Source: Marispirochaeta sp.
GTDB lineage: Bacteria; Spirochaetota; Spirochaetia; JC444; Marispirochaetaceae
Reading direction: 5' to 3'
Length of the DNA: 64,000 nt
Assembly: GCA_963676835.2 (NCBI GenBank)
Contig: CAXXFF010000001.1
Location: forward strand, 32,001-96,000
Below, piece by piece: positions 9,990-20,702 of the stretch (within the stretch, counting starts at the first letter, position 1; every line of letters begins with the position of its first letter). The position numbers and the translations under genes are program-made. The notes under the pieces are model-generated. The model did not search any database, was not told where the DNA came from, and worked only from the letters and a program-made list of their open reading frames with translations.

Positions 9990-11682
9990 TCGAGAGCCCA
10001 GCAACGGAGAGATGATGCAATCCGAACTCCAGGAAGAATATCTTAAGAGCCTCGATGAATTAGAAGAGGGCCAGCTTGTTGAAGGTACGGTGATTGAAAT
10101 CGGCCCTGAGCAGGTGTTTATAGATGTTGGATACAAATCAGAAGGGAAAATTCCTACTGATGAATTTGATGAAAAACCTGCGATTGGTGACACGGTTTCT
10201 GTAGTGCTCGTCAGCAAGGAAGGTAAAGGCGGACAGGTAGTTGTTTCCAAACGCCGGGCGGACATGATGTCCTTCTGGAAAGACCTGAAAAATGCATTTA
10301 CCGAAAAAGAACCTGTAGAAGGTACCTTTATCAAGGCTATCAAGGGCGGTTATGAAGTTGACCTTGGATACGGTATTACCGCATTCAACCCCCTTAGTCA
10401 GACAGATGTGCGCAGGGTCGAAGAACCTGAAACATTTGTTGGACAGAAATCCAAATTTCTCATAGAGCGTTTTCAGCGTGAGAAACGGGCAAGAATTGTA
10501 CTTTCCCGCCGTTCATGGCTGGAAAGAGAAATAGAGAGCAGTAAGGAAAACTTTTTCAACTCCGTTAATGAAGGAGACGAAGTTGAAGGTAAAGTAAAGT
10601 CATTTACCTCTTTTGGTGCATTCGTTGACCTCGGCGGATTTGACGGCCTTCTGCATATCAATGACATGAGCTGGGGACATGCAACCAGGCCCAAGGATTA
10701 TGTCAAAAAAGATCAGGACATTAAGGTTAAGGTCATCAAGATTGAGCCTGAAACCAAGAAGATAAATCTTTCCCTCAAACATCTTACCCCAGACCCCTGG
10801 ACAATATTTGAAAGCAAATATCATGTCGACGATGTGGTTAAAGGTAAGGTTACCAAGCTTGCAGATTTCGGTGCCTTTATCGAAATTGAAGAGGGAATCG
10901 AAGGCCTTGCCCACGTTTCAGAACTCTCATGGGTAAAACGGGTGAAACACCCGAAAGAGGTCCTCGCTATCGGTGACGAAGTTGAAGTAAAAATCCTCGA
11001 CTACGATCTGGAATCCGGCCGTGTTTCTCTTGGTCTCAAACAGGTTCTTCCCAATCCCTGGGACTCTATCGAAGAGCAGTATCCTGTAGGCAAGCGGATG
11101 ACCCTTACGGTTAAAAAGCTGACCAATGCTGGAGCATTTCTTGAGATTGAAGCGGGTATTGACGGCTATCTCAGCGTGGATGACCTTTCCTGGACCAAGA
11201 AGATCCGCAACCCCTCTGCAATGCTCAAAGAAGGCGATGAAGTTGAGGTTTCTGTTATTGAGCTTAACAAGGAAGACCACCGCATAAGACTCGGTGTAAA
11301 ACAGCTCAGCGACGATCCATGGCAGGCGCTCAAAACAGCTTTCCCCAAGGGAAGCAAGATTGAAGGTCCCGTTACCGGAATTACCGACTTCGGTGTGTTC
11401 GTTAAAGTACAGGGTGATATCGAAGGCCTTATTCCCCGGGCGCACTGTTTCGGCCCTGGCGAAGAACCGGTTGAAGATCTCAATACCGTCTTTAAAGAGG
11501 GGGACAAGGTTACTGCAGCAGTGATTGAAGTCAATACATCAACTCAGAGACTTGGTCTTTCCATCCGCGATCTGAAAAAGAAACAGCAGCGCAAGGAAAT
11601 GGCAAAATACATCCACGATGAAGAAGAAGAGTCTACCTTTACTCTTGGAGATTTTCTCAAAGATAAGGGAATTGATTCTTAA
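9982..11682 (+). CDS. rpsA: 30S ribosomal protein S1
   Basis: Repeated S1 domains (FGAFV...GLLH); follows cmk. Confidence 0.97.
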   Translation: MSDREPSNGEMMQSELQEEYLKSLDELEEGQLVEGTVIEIGPEQVFIDVGYKSEGKIPTDEFDEKPAIGDTVSVVLVSKEGKGGQVVVSKRRADMMSFWKDLKNAFTEKEPVEGTFIKAIKGGYEVDLGYGITAFNPLSQTDVRRVEEPETFVGQKSKFLIERFQREKRARIVLSRRSWLEREIESSKENFFNSVNEGDEVEGKVKSFTSFGAFVDLGGFDGLLHINDMSWGHATRPKDYVKKDQDIKVKVIKIEPETKKINLSLKHLTPDPWTIFESKYHVDDVVKGKVTKLADFGAFIEIEEGIEGLAHVSELSWVKRVKHPKEVLAIGDEVEVKILDYDLESGRVSLGLKQVLPNPWDSIEEQYPVGKRMTLTVKKLTNAGAFLEIEAGIDGYLSVDDLSWTKKIRNPSAMLKEGDEVEVSVIELNKEDHRIRLGVKQLSDDPWQALKTAFPKGSKIEGPVTGITDFGVFVKVQGDIEGLIPRAHCFGPGEEPVEDLNTVFKEGDKVTAAVIEVNTSTQRLGLSIRDLKKKQQRKEMAKYIHDEEEESTFTLGDFLKDKGIDS

Positions 11683-11693
11683 GCAATCATGGT

Positions 11694-13220
11694 ATGTTCA
11701 ATAAGACGATTGATGCGGGTAAGTTTGAAACTTTCATTGAAATAAATACTCTTATCAACTCCGATTATTCGGACCCGAAAGCTCTGTTAACCCGGATTCT
11801 TGAATCCGCAACGCGCCTCACCAATGGTGAGGCGTCTTCATTATTGCTGGTTAATCCGGACAACAACAAGCTCTATTTCGAAATTGCCACAGGATCGAAG
11901 GGAGCTGAAGTCAAAAGATTTTCCCTCAATATGGGAGAAGGCATAGCCGGCTGGGTCGCACAGAATAATCGCAGCCTTATAGTCAACGATGCAGAAAATG
12001 ATGAGCGACATTTCGGTGACATCAGCAAACAGGTGGGCTATCATACCCGTTCCATCCTTGCGGTGCCCATGAGGGTCAAAGATAAATGTATCGGTGTAAT
12101 AGAGATCCTGAACAAAAAAAATGTCAGTCTCTTTGAACAGGAAGACCTTGAATGGCTGGAAATATTTTCCAATCAGGCGGCATTAGCTGTTGCTAACGCT
12201 AAAAGTCTCCAGAAAGTTCAGGAAGAGGTGGTTGAGCTCCGGGACCGGATTGATCAGAAAGAGTACAGTACCTTTATCGGTATTAGCCGGGAAATCGGGA
12301 TATGCCTTGATATTGCTTCCAAAGCAGCGCTTACTGACAGTTCCGTTCTGATTACCGGAGAAAGCGGTGTCGGTAAGGAACTCATAGCAGAACAGGTTCA
12401 TAAAAAATCCGGCCGAAGCAGTGGACCGTTTATCAGGGTTAACTGTGCTGCACTGCCGGAAGGTATAATTGAGAGCGAGCTTTTCGGTCATGTGAAGGGA
12501 GCCTTTACGGATGCGGCTCAGGACCGGCGTGGTCGTTTTGAACTGGCCGATGGAGGAACCATATTTCTCGATGAAATCGGGGAAGTTCCCCTGCCCATAC
12601 AGGCAAAGTTGTTAAGAGTACTGCAAAACCGCGTATTTGAACGGGTAGGGTCTTCGGAACCAAGAAAGGCGGATGTACGAATAATAGCTGCAACCAACCG
12701 GGATCTTGTTACAGGTATAGAAAAAGGGGAGTTTCGTCAGGATCTGTTTTACCGCCTGAACGTACTGCCCATCAATGTACCGCCCCTCAGATCGAGACCG
12801 GAAGATATACAGCCTCTGGCCGACCATTTTCTTAAGGTTTATGCCAAAGAGACCAAAAAGAAAATAAGCGGTTTGTCCCCGGAAGCTATGGATATACTGA
12901 TGCGTTATGAATGGCCCGGCAACGTACGGGAGCTGCAGAATGTTATTGAGAGAGCTGTCGTTCTTTCTACAAACAGCCTGCTTTCTCCGGTGGACCTGAT
13001 GCTTAATAACGGGCAGGATGACGGTTCTACCATTTATCGCGGAAGATCTCTGAAAGAAGCGATAAATCTGTTTAAACGGCACTTTGTCATAGATACATTA
13101 AGACGTTATAATGGTGTCCAGACTAAGGCTGCTGAAGAACTGAATATCCAGCGGACATACCTTTCAAGATTGATTAAAGAGTTAAACATAGATACGTCTA
13201 ACGTAAAAGAGGAGTACTAA
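11694..13220 (+). CDS. GAF-domain sigma54-dependent activator (AAA+, Fis HTH)
   Basis: N-terminal GAF, GESGVGKE, GAFTDA, FLDEIG, WPGNVREL and a C-terminal HTH. Confidence 0.92.
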   Translation: MFNKTIDAGKFETFIEINTLINSDYSDPKALLTRILESATRLTNGEASSLLLVNPDNNKLYFEIATGSKGAEVKRFSLNMGEGIAGWVAQNNRSLIVNDAENDERHFGDISKQVGYHTRSILAVPMRVKDKCIGVIEILNKKNVSLFEQEDLEWLEIFSNQAALAVANAKSLQKVQEEVVELRDRIDQKEYSTFIGISREIGICLDIASKAALTDSSVLITGESGVGKELIAEQVHKKSGRSSGPFIRVNCAALPEGIIESELFGHVKGAFTDAAQDRRGRFELADGGTIFLDEIGEVPLPIQAKLLRVLQNRVFERVGSSEPRKADVRIIAATNRDLVTGIEKGEFRQDLFYRLNVLPINVPPLRSRPEDIQPLADHFLKVYAKETKKKISGLSPEAMDILMRYEWPGNVRELQNVIERAVVLSTNSLLSPVDLMLNNGQDDGSTIYRGRSLKEAINLFKRHFVIDTLRRYNGVQTKAAEELNIQRTYLSRLIKELNIDTSNVKEEY

Positions 13221-13898
13221 ATGGATAATACTGAAGAAAAACAGGCACAAGGCATCAATAATGCCATTGCAGCATGGATTCAGAAAAACCGGAAAATTAT
13301 TATTATAGGATCACTCATTGTGCTGGCTGTGCTTATTATTCTTGGATTATTTTCCTTGTTTGGAAATTCAAAGAATGATAAAGCCACTGCGATGCTGACA
13401 GATTTTGAAGAAGCATATTACGAGTGGAGTTCTGTGGATGAAGCTGAAAAGGAAGCAAAAGTTACCGATCTCAAGACTATTTTCAGTAATCTTGAATCAG
13501 GTTACAGTTCCACCTATGCCTATCAGCGGGCTCTTTTTCTCATGGGTGATTTCTATTACTACAACGAAGAGTGGGATGATTCCATCTCATCTTTCACTAA
13601 AACAGCAGAACTGTTTCCTAAAAGCTACCTTGCACCAATAGCTCTTTTTAATGCAGCGGCAGCACGTGAAGAGACCGGAAACAGCAGTGACGTACTGACT
13701 CTCTATCTGTCCATAGCCGAAAAATATACTGAAAGCTCTCTCGCGCCCAGAGCCCTGTTCAGTGCAGGAAGAATCTCTGAAGGTGAAGGAAACGAAAAGG
13801 CATTGACTATGTATAACAGTCTCATAGAGGAGTATCCCTCAAGCAGTTGGACAAAGCTTGCCAGGAACCGTATAATTAAGCTTCAGACAGGCAAATAA
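13221..13898 (+). CDS. membrane-anchored TPR protein (YfgM-like)
   Basis: N-terminal TM helix followed by TPR repeats. Confidence 0.7.
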   Translation: MDNTEEKQAQGINNAIAAWIQKNRKIIIIGSLIVLAVLIILGLFSLFGNSKNDKATAMLTDFEEAYYEWSSVDEAEKEAKVTDLKTIFSNLESGYSSTYAYQRALFLMGDFYYYNEEWDDSISSFTKTAELFPKSYLAPIALFNAAAAREETGNSSDVLTLYLSIAEKYTESSLAPRALFSAGRISEGEGNEKALTMYNSLIEEYPSSSWTKLARNRIIKLQTGK

Positions 13899-13918
13899 TA
13901 TTTGATCAGAGGTTTGGT

Positions 13919-16321
13919 ATGAAAAAAGACAGGAAGAGATTAAAGATTTTTGAAACGAAGTATTTCGGTCTTATCATCGGTCTTATTCTTTTCCTGCTTT
14001 TCTTTTTTATAAATGAGACAACTTCGGTATTTGAAAATATCGAAGAAAAAATGCTTGATGTCCATTTCAGCTTCAAGAACATCTCACAGAAAAAAAGTAT
14101 ACAGGAAGGGGTTAGTCAGGAAGTTCGCAACCCTAAGATTTCAGACGACATTCTTATTGTCGGTATAGATACCAATTCACTGACAAGATTCGGTAAGTGG
14201 CCTTTTCCACGATACCGCGAAGCAGATCTCCTTAACTCTCTGGCAAGAATAAAGGATCAGAATCAACGGGAAAGGTCAGTTTTTCTTGATATCTTTTTCA
14301 TTGAACCCGATGAAAAGGCCTACGATGATGTCCTTCTCCTTGATGCAATAGGGAAAAACGACCGGGTTTTTCTGGAAACTGTCCTGTCTGAATTTGCACC
14401 ATCATCCGGCAACTATGATGATTTCTTTGATAGGCAGGGTGCGCTGTATGAAACCTGGGGTAAAATTGAAAATATTCGCGGTGAATGGCAGAATATCCCG
14501 GCCTTTTATGGACTTGAACCGCCTTTAAAGCCCTTCGCTGAGGCTACCCGGGGTTACGGGCATGCCAATTTCAACACAGATACCGACAACATATACAGAC
14601 GTCAGCAGCTGATTGCAAAATCTTCACGTCTGCTTGATCTGTACCGGCTCAAGGACTTGAGTAATAAACTTCCCGTGGATGAATCTGTTTTCGAACGGCT
14701 TGAATGGGTAGATAAAAATGAACTATCCCATACAATACCTGCAGATCTCTCTGCAGAAGAGTTTGATGCTCTTAAAAAGAAAATTGCCGCAGAGGCACCC
14801 CTTAAATCTCTGGATACAGACAATGACGGTAAGGTTGATGATACCTTCTATCTTATCAGGAAGTATCAGGACAGTTTTATTCCCTCTATTACCTTAGCTC
14901 TTGCTCTGGACTATTTAAACAAAACCCCCGATGACATAGATGTTGTGCTCGGGGAATATATCCTTATTCCGGAACCAGAACAGTTTGACGTTGAAACAGG
15001 AAGCTGGAAGCCCTACAGCATTGTAGAAGTACCGGCAGAATACGATAAAGACGGGGCAGTTGTCAGCAAAGCTGAAATGCGTGTTCTTAAAGAAATACGC
15101 ATACCCATAGATAAAAACGGTAATATGCTTATTAATTTTATGGGTCCCAAATCTTTTGCAGATCCGGAAGGCCGAAAAACATATCCTGTCCGCTCTTTTT
15201 CCGGATATGCGGCCAATCCTCCCGGCATAGATCCCACGAGCTGGCCTGCAACTAAAGCCCTGGGCAATAAAATTGTCATGGTAGGGGCGTTTGCCCGAGG
15301 TATTGCCGATGATGAACGGCCGACTCCATTCGGGCTGATGTACGGAGTTGAGATTCACGCCAACGCTCTAAACACGATCTTAATGGACAATTTCCTTTAT
15401 TACGCCCCGGCCTGGCTTAATTATGCCATTTTGTTCGGTGTAATAATGATCATCTCATTCTTTACTTCGCGGACTCAAACACTCTGGGCTCTGGTTATTC
15501 TACTTGCAGGGATACTCGGGCTGTTCCTTACTATCTCAGTGCTTTTCGAGTCACAGAATACGGTCATTGATTTCAGTCCTCCAGCCTTCGCTGCCATAAT
15601 GGCCTTTCTCTCCATTGTTGCCTACCGGGTAATGACCGAAGAGCGGGATAAGCGAATGATACGCAACATGTTCGGTAAATATGTTTCTCCCGGTGTAGTT
15701 GATCACCTGATGAACTTTCCGCCGGAACTTGGAGGAGTAGATAAACAGCTAACCGTATTCTTTTCTGACATACGGGGATTTACCACATTATCGGAGAGTA
15801 TGACACCACAGGAACTGCTGAATCATCTGAATGTCTATTTCACCCGCATGACGGATATTATCCTCGATTACAAAGGAACCCTGGATAAATACGTGGGTGA
15901 TGAAATAATGTGCTTCTGGGGTGCTCCGCTTCCTCAGGAAGAGCATGCACTGCTTGCCTGTCAATGTGCCCTGAAGCAGCAGCAGGCCCTTGATGAACTT
16001 AATTCCACCTGGCCTGAGAATCGCCGGATTAATATCGGAATTGGTATAAATTCAGGCATTATGACTGTTGGCAATGTAGGCTCTGAAGGAAGAATGAATT
16101 ATACCCTCATGGGTGATCCGGTAAACCTCGGAGCACGCCTTGAGGGTACCAATAAGCAGTACGGCACCACCATTATTATCAGCGAATTTACCTATGGTCT
16201 TGTTCGTGACAGAGTCACCGTAAGAGAACTGGATAATATCCGTGTTAAGGGTAAAAACAAACCGGTACTTATCTATGAACTTGTGGACTGTGAAGATACT
16301 GTGCTGCCCGGCGACCAGTAG
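13919..16321 (+). CDS. CHASE2-domain class III adenylate cyclase
   Basis: CHASE2 motifs (VGID...GKWPFPR; GVEIHA), three TM helices, cyclase motifs FSDIRGFT, DKYVGD, YTLMGDPVNLGARLE. Confidence 0.93.
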   Translation: MKKDRKRLKIFETKYFGLIIGLILFLLFFFINETTSVFENIEEKMLDVHFSFKNISQKKSIQEGVSQEVRNPKISDDILIVGIDTNSLTRFGKWPFPRYREADLLNSLARIKDQNQRERSVFLDIFFIEPDEKAYDDVLLLDAIGKNDRVFLETVLSEFAPSSGNYDDFFDRQGALYETWGKIENIRGEWQNIPAFYGLEPPLKPFAEATRGYGHANFNTDTDNIYRRQQLIAKSSRLLDLYRLKDLSNKLPVDESVFERLEWVDKNELSHTIPADLSAEEFDALKKKIAAEAPLKSLDTDNDGKVDDTFYLIRKYQDSFIPSITLALALDYLNKTPDDIDVVLGEYILIPEPEQFDVETGSWKPYSIVEVPAEYDKDGAVVSKAEMRVLKEIRIPIDKNGNMLINFMGPKSFADPEGRKTYPVRSFSGYAANPPGIDPTSWPATKALGNKIVMVGAFARGIADDERPTPFGLMYGVEIHANALNTILMDNFLYYAPAWLNYAILFGVIMIISFFTSRTQTLWALVILLAGILGLFLTISVLFESQNTVIDFSPPAFAAIMAFLSIVAYRVMTEERDKRMIRNMFGKYVSPGVVDHLMNFPPELGGVDKQLTVFFSDIRGFTTLSESMTPQELLNHLNVYFTRMTDIILDYKGTLDKYVGDEIMCFWGAPLPQEEHALLACQCALKQQQALDELNSTWPENRRINIGIGINSGIMTVGNVGSEGRMNYTLMGDPVNLGARLEGTNKQYGTTIIISEFTYGLVRDRVTVRELDNIRVKGKNKPVLIYELVDCEDTVLPGDQ

Positions 16322-16351
16322 GAAGCAGGGGAGCTTTGTTTTAATAATTCT

Positions 16352-17053
16352 ATGACTCGCGGCTTACTTTGTTTAATCTCTATGCTAATTTCTCTTCTGT
16401 ATACCTCCTGTGGTATACCATCAGATGCATATTTGTATCCGCCGACTGCAACAACAAACTTTGGACTTGAAGATGATTTAATGAAGTTCAAAAATTCCAC
16501 AGACAATGATTCAATGGATATCGAATTTGTAGGCTTCCTGCTTTTTTACCGCATGTACTCAGGGACATCCGAACTTGACCAGGATGAATATCAGGATTAC
16601 GGAGAGACATACCTAAGCAGCTCAATTATTAATAACTATTTTGACATTGAAAATGAGCAGGGAATATACAGTTCACAACGTATTTCACTGTTTAAAGTTA
16701 TAGAGGTTAACAATACATATGAAGATGAAGATTTTGTTGTTACCCTTGATTTTCAGGATATAGCAGCAAACAGTGGTGCCGACAATGATCTTACACTAGC
16801 TTATTCAGGTGGTGATGTCGTACTCAATCCGCTTTACCGCTCCTTTAAACGTTCCGATAGTTGGCAGATAGACTATTATTTCAATAATACCTTATCTGAC
16901 TACCAGTCCGGCGATACTGATCTTCCATCAGATTTTGCCAGCAATATGCGCTGTGTAATGTGGGTTGTAGGTTATGGTTATAATCTTTCAGAAAGTATCC
17001 AAAACATATATAGTGAACCAGTATACATTGGTAATTTTGATATAACTTTCTAA
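16352..17053 (+). CDS. putative lipoprotein
   Basis: Hydrophobic leader ending LYTS-C; acidic mature region. Confidence 0.65.
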   Translation: MTRGLLCLISMLISLLYTSCGIPSDAYLYPPTATTNFGLEDDLMKFKNSTDNDSMDIEFVGFLLFYRMYSGTSELDQDEYQDYGETYLSSSIINNYFDIENEQGIYSSQRISLFKVIEVNNTYEDEDFVVTLDFQDIAANSGADNDLTLAYSGGDVVLNPLYRSFKRSDSWQIDYYFNNTLSDYQSGDTDLPSDFASNMRCVMWVVGYGYNLSESIQNIYSEPVYIGNFDITF

Positions 17054-17079
17054 TTTTTTCAGTAAAGGAAAATCATCAG

Positions 17080-17373
17080 ATGTTCAGTTACTACTTTAAT
17101 ATCGCTCTTGTCTATCTGATTATAGGTTTTATAACAGCCGTTTTTTTCTACTTCTTTTTAAAGAAAGAGATATTCGGCAAATTCTGGGGAGCCTTGCTTG
17201 TAGCCTTTATCGGTTCCTTTGCCGGCGGGGTATTCGGCTATCTGTTTGATGACATAATAAAAACCTTAACCCGGATAAACGGTACGGTTAATATATTCCC
17301 GCCGCTCATTACAGCTTTTATCTGCATCTGGGTCTTTTCAAACCTCAGTGAAAAACAGAAGAAAGATGATTGA
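17080..17373 (+). CDS. small three-TM membrane protein
   Basis: Three hydrophobic, Gly-rich segments. Confidence 0.7.
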   Translation: MFSYYFNIALVYLIIGFITAVFFYFFLKKEIFGKFWGALLVAFIGSFAGGVFGYLFDDIIKTLTRINGTVNIFPPLITAFICIWVFSNLSEKQKKDD

Positions 17374-17436
17374 ACCCACGACCACAACTTCCGATAATGT
17401 ATATTCTGTCTACCTGAATGTGTAAGGATTTTTTGT

Positions 17437-18216
17437 ATGGAAAAATATCCCGACTCTTTTGATGGTCTTTATTCTATTGTAAGCAGATTACGTTCGCCCG
17501 AAGGCTGTCCCTGGGACCGGAAACAGACTTTGGACAGTGTGACCAGTGCCCTGGTTGAAGAAAGCTATGAAACCATTACATCCATCCATGAAGATGACTC
17601 ACCTGGAATATGTGAGGAGATCGGCGATGTTATGCTTATTGTTTCCATGCTTATGCGAATAGCGGAAGAGTCTGAAATCTTCAATCCTCAGGATGTTTTC
17701 AAAGGTATTAACGAAAAACTTATCCGGCGCCATCCTCACGTATTCGGGGAAGAATCAATTTCAGATGCTGATGATGTAAAAAAACGCTGGGATGAAATTA
17801 AAGAGACTGTAGAGGGACGCAAAAAGAAAAGCGGCCCGCATTCCGTATCACCCGGCTTCCCTCCCCTGGAAAGAAGTTTTAAAATCCAGAAGAAAGCGGC
17901 AAAGTTAGGTTTTGACTGGCCTGATACTGAAGGCCCCTATGAAAAAATCAAAGAAGAGATAATCGAAATCAAAGATGCGGTACAGAACGATCCGGATTCC
18001 GTTGAGGCAGAAATTGGTGATCTCCTGTTTTCCGTGGTGAACCTGTCCCGAAAATTAAAAATTGATCCTGCCACAGCGCTTCATCGAAGTAACGAAAAAT
18101 TTCTCAAGCGGTTTTCTTTCGTAGAAAAAGAGATGGAAAAAACCAATAAAGATATGCACCGGGATAATCTAACCCTTATGGATGAATATTGGAATCTGGC
18201 AAAGAGCAAAGAATAG
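17437..18216 (+). CDS. mazG: nucleoside triphosphate pyrophosphohydrolase
   Basis: GCPWDRKQT, EEIGD, KLIRRHPHVFG, GFDW, EIGDLLF. Confidence 0.96.
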   Translation: MEKYPDSFDGLYSIVSRLRSPEGCPWDRKQTLDSVTSALVEESYETITSIHEDDSPGICEEIGDVMLIVSMLMRIAEESEIFNPQDVFKGINEKLIRRHPHVFGEESISDADDVKKRWDEIKETVEGRKKKSGPHSVSPGFPPLERSFKIQKKAAKLGFDWPDTEGPYEKIKEEIIEIKDAVQNDPDSVEAEIGDLLFSVVNLSRKLKIDPATALHRSNEKFLKRFSFVEKEMEKTNKDMHRDNLTLMDEYWNLAKSKE

Positions 18217-20677
18217 AATCTTTTTCCTTGTCATTATTCTTATCCATGAAATAGCTTTTTATCCGCTCTATCTCAATGGCTTCCAGGATGTCCGGATAAT
18301 TATCCCTTATCAGACGGCTAATTCCTTTGATTTCATTAAGACCATCTGGATAATAAAATGTATATGAAATATAATTATCTTTATGAATTGCAGCCCCCAG
18401 AAAGTCTTTAAAGAGCTCTTCAAGTTTCGTCCCAACATTTTTTATTCTGAATGTTTCTGTGTCCACCTTCAAACTGTAATCCGAGCCTGCATAATACGCC
18501 ATTATCGATTTAATCCCTTTCGGGAATTGTATAAACTCAGCACCGTTAATGTTCATACCTTCCGGCATGGAGCCGTTGCAGAGTTCTATGAATGTCTCCG
18601 GCAAGGCAGTTTCAGGAAGATAAATCATAGCTACCTCATGGAGAGATGAAACGCCAAGGGAAAGCGGGTTGGCAAACTCCATTTTGGGTTTGGGGTTGAA
18701 ACCTTCGGTATAACGGAGATCAATTTTCTGACGGGTGAATAATCGCTGAAATACTCCCACAAGGTTTTTATGGCTTAAAAACCTTGATGGACCTGTTTTG
18801 GTAAAACTGAAAACAAAGGGCAGATATACCATTTCTTCAGTTTCTTTATTCTCCAGACGCTGGTTAGCCGAATCGGATGGGTCTTTGAATTCATCGCTCT
18901 CTGTGCCTTGTTTTTTTCCATCAGCGAAATGTACTTGGGTATCGTCGTTACAGGCTCCGCAGTTGTGGCTGCAGGCGTCTTCACATGGGCTGGTAAGCTC
19001 ACCTTTTTCGGATTTGCGTTCTTCAGCTTTTGTGTAGCTTTTCCGGACCCCCATATCAACGCTATCCCAGGGAAGCTCTTCTTCCTGGCTGCGTTTCCTT
19101 GTAGCCAATGAGATGGGATCCCAGCTTTCGCTTTCCAGAATGGTGCGCCACATATCTCGGTCAAGGTGTTCCTCCCATGCGTCAAGGCGTGCGCCCTGGT
19201 TATAGGCCTTTAAAATAATGTCGCCTACCCTTTCGTCTCCGCGACTTATTACACCTTCGAGGATGGACGCAAAGGGTGAATGAAACCCGAACTTATACTG
19301 TCCTTTTTTCAGGTTGTTCTTAATGGAGTAGATGCGTTCAAGGGCATCCTGTTCGCTCAGCTGAAACGATCTTTCATATGGAGTATGCGGTTTGGGGATA
19401 AAGGTGTTCACCGTAAGGTGTATACGTATATTCGTGGCTTTTCTAATCTCTTCAAGGTAATCTACAATAGCTGCGGATGTATTTTCAGTATCGGTGGGAA
19501 GCCCCTGCATGAAATAGAATTTAGCATTTCGCCAACCATACTCTTTTGCTTCTCTGAGAATCTCGATGATGCGCCCTACAGGTACTTCCTTGTTTACTCC
19601 AAGCTGACTCTGCGTTTCCGGTGTCTCCACCGCAAAGGTAAGACCGCTTTTACGGACTTCGGAGATTTTATTCAGAATAGGCAGATTAAAACTGTTAACC
19701 CTCAAAGATGGAAGGCTGAAGGATATATGTCTTGATGAGAACTTGTTAGTGAGCCGGTTGACCAGTTCAGGTAATCTTGAATAATCTCCGGTGGAAAGAC
19801 TTGAAAGTGTAATCTCTCTGTACCCGTAATTCTGCCATAGCCAGTCTGCTTCCTGTTCAATATATGCTATCTCTTTTTCTCTGTGTGGACGGTAAATTAC
19901 ACCGGCATGACAGAAACGGCATCCATTGGGACATCCCCGCATAATTTCAATCACACCATGATCCTGTACTGCTGTCAAACCAGGCAGAGGATATTGCATC
20001 TTAAACGCTGAACAGGAAAAATCCTGCCAGACAGCTCTCCTTGCGGGGACAGATTTTCCGGGATACCAGATATGAGGGTTCTGATGTAATACCTCCATTA
20101 GCGACGATCTGTCTGCACCATTTTTTTTCATTTCTGCCATTTGAACAGATAAACGAAGCCATTCTCCCTCAGCTTCGCCAATAAACACCGCATCAAGAAA
20201 CTGTGAGAAGGGTGCCGGATTGGTTATGGCGCTTCCTCCGGCAATAACTATAGGATCAGCGTTGCTCCTCTCGGATGCAATCAAAGGAATCCCTGAGCTA
20301 TCAAGAACTGATAAAATACCCGTTGCGCTGAGTTCATATCCGACAGTAAAAGCAAGAATATCGAAATCTTTAACTGCAATGCCGTTTTCAAGGCTGTACA
20401 GCAGCTCTCCTTTATCCTTCAGCAGATTCTCAAAATCACCGGCGGGTGCGAAAACTCTTTCGCAGGAGATATCAGTTAGATTATTAAGCCTGGTATATAG
20501 AATACGCATGGCATAATTAGACATGCCGATTTCATATAAATCCGGAAACGATAAAGCAATCCGAAATCTGGTATCTACCGGTTTACGAACGATACCGTAT
20601 TCTCCGCCTGTATACCTTGCTGGTTTTTCAACACTGAGAAGAGAATTTCCCAAACGCTTAACTGGTTCGATAGTCAA
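18176..20677 (-). CDS. radical SAM protein (TIGR03960-like) fused to radical SAM-linked domain (TIGR03936-like)
   Basis: VEKPARYTGGE, FPDLYEIGMS, CxxxCxxC (CPNGCRFC); C-terminal RFLSH...YTEGFNPKPK...PLSLG. Confidence 0.88.
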   Translation of the reverse strand: MTIEPVKRLGNSLLSVEKPARYTGGEYGIVRKPVDTRFRIALSFPDLYEIGMSNYAMRILYTRLNNLTDISCERVFAPAGDFENLLKDKGELLYSLENGIAVKDFDILAFTVGYELSATGILSVLDSSGIPLIASERSNADPIVIAGGSAITNPAPFSQFLDAVFIGEAEGEWLRLSVQMAEMKKNGADRSSLMEVLHQNPHIWYPGKSVPARRAVWQDFSCSAFKMQYPLPGLTAVQDHGVIEIMRGCPNGCRFCHAGVIYRPHREKEIAYIEQEADWLWQNYGYREITLSSLSTGDYSRLPELVNRLTNKFSSRHISFSLPSLRVNSFNLPILNKISEVRKSGLTFAVETPETQSQLGVNKEVPVGRIIEILREAKEYGWRNAKFYFMQGLPTDTENTSAAIVDYLEEIRKATNIRIHLTVNTFIPKPHTPYERSFQLSEQDALERIYSIKNNLKKGQYKFGFHSPFASILEGVISRGDERVGDIILKAYNQGARLDAWEEHLDRDMWRTILESESWDPISLATRKRSQEEELPWDSVDMGVRKSYTKAEERKSEKGELTSPCEDACSHNCGACNDDTQVHFADGKKQGTESDEFKDPSDSANQRLENKETEEMVYLPFVFSFTKTGPSRFLSHKNLVGVFQRLFTRQKIDLRYTEGFNPKPKMEFANPLSLGVSSLHEVAMIYLPETALPETFIELCNGSMPEGMNINGAEFIQFPKGIKSIMAYYAGSDYSLKVDTETFRIKNVGTKLEELFKDFLGAAIHKDNYISYTFYYPDGLNEIKGISRLIRDNYPDILEAIEIERIKSYFMDKNNDKEKDSILCSLPDSNIHP

Positions 20678-20702
20678 AATACAATTCCTGTAGAAGTATT
20701 GT

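Noticed and set aside
12495..12520. GAFTDA instead of GAFTGA in both sigma54 activators as a sign of inactivity
   Set aside because: This is a common natural variant, and a sigma54 promoter sits next to the second activator.
18176..18216. 41-bp convergent overlap of mazG and the radical SAM gene
   Set aside because: Short tail-to-tail overlaps are common; nothing suggests a function.
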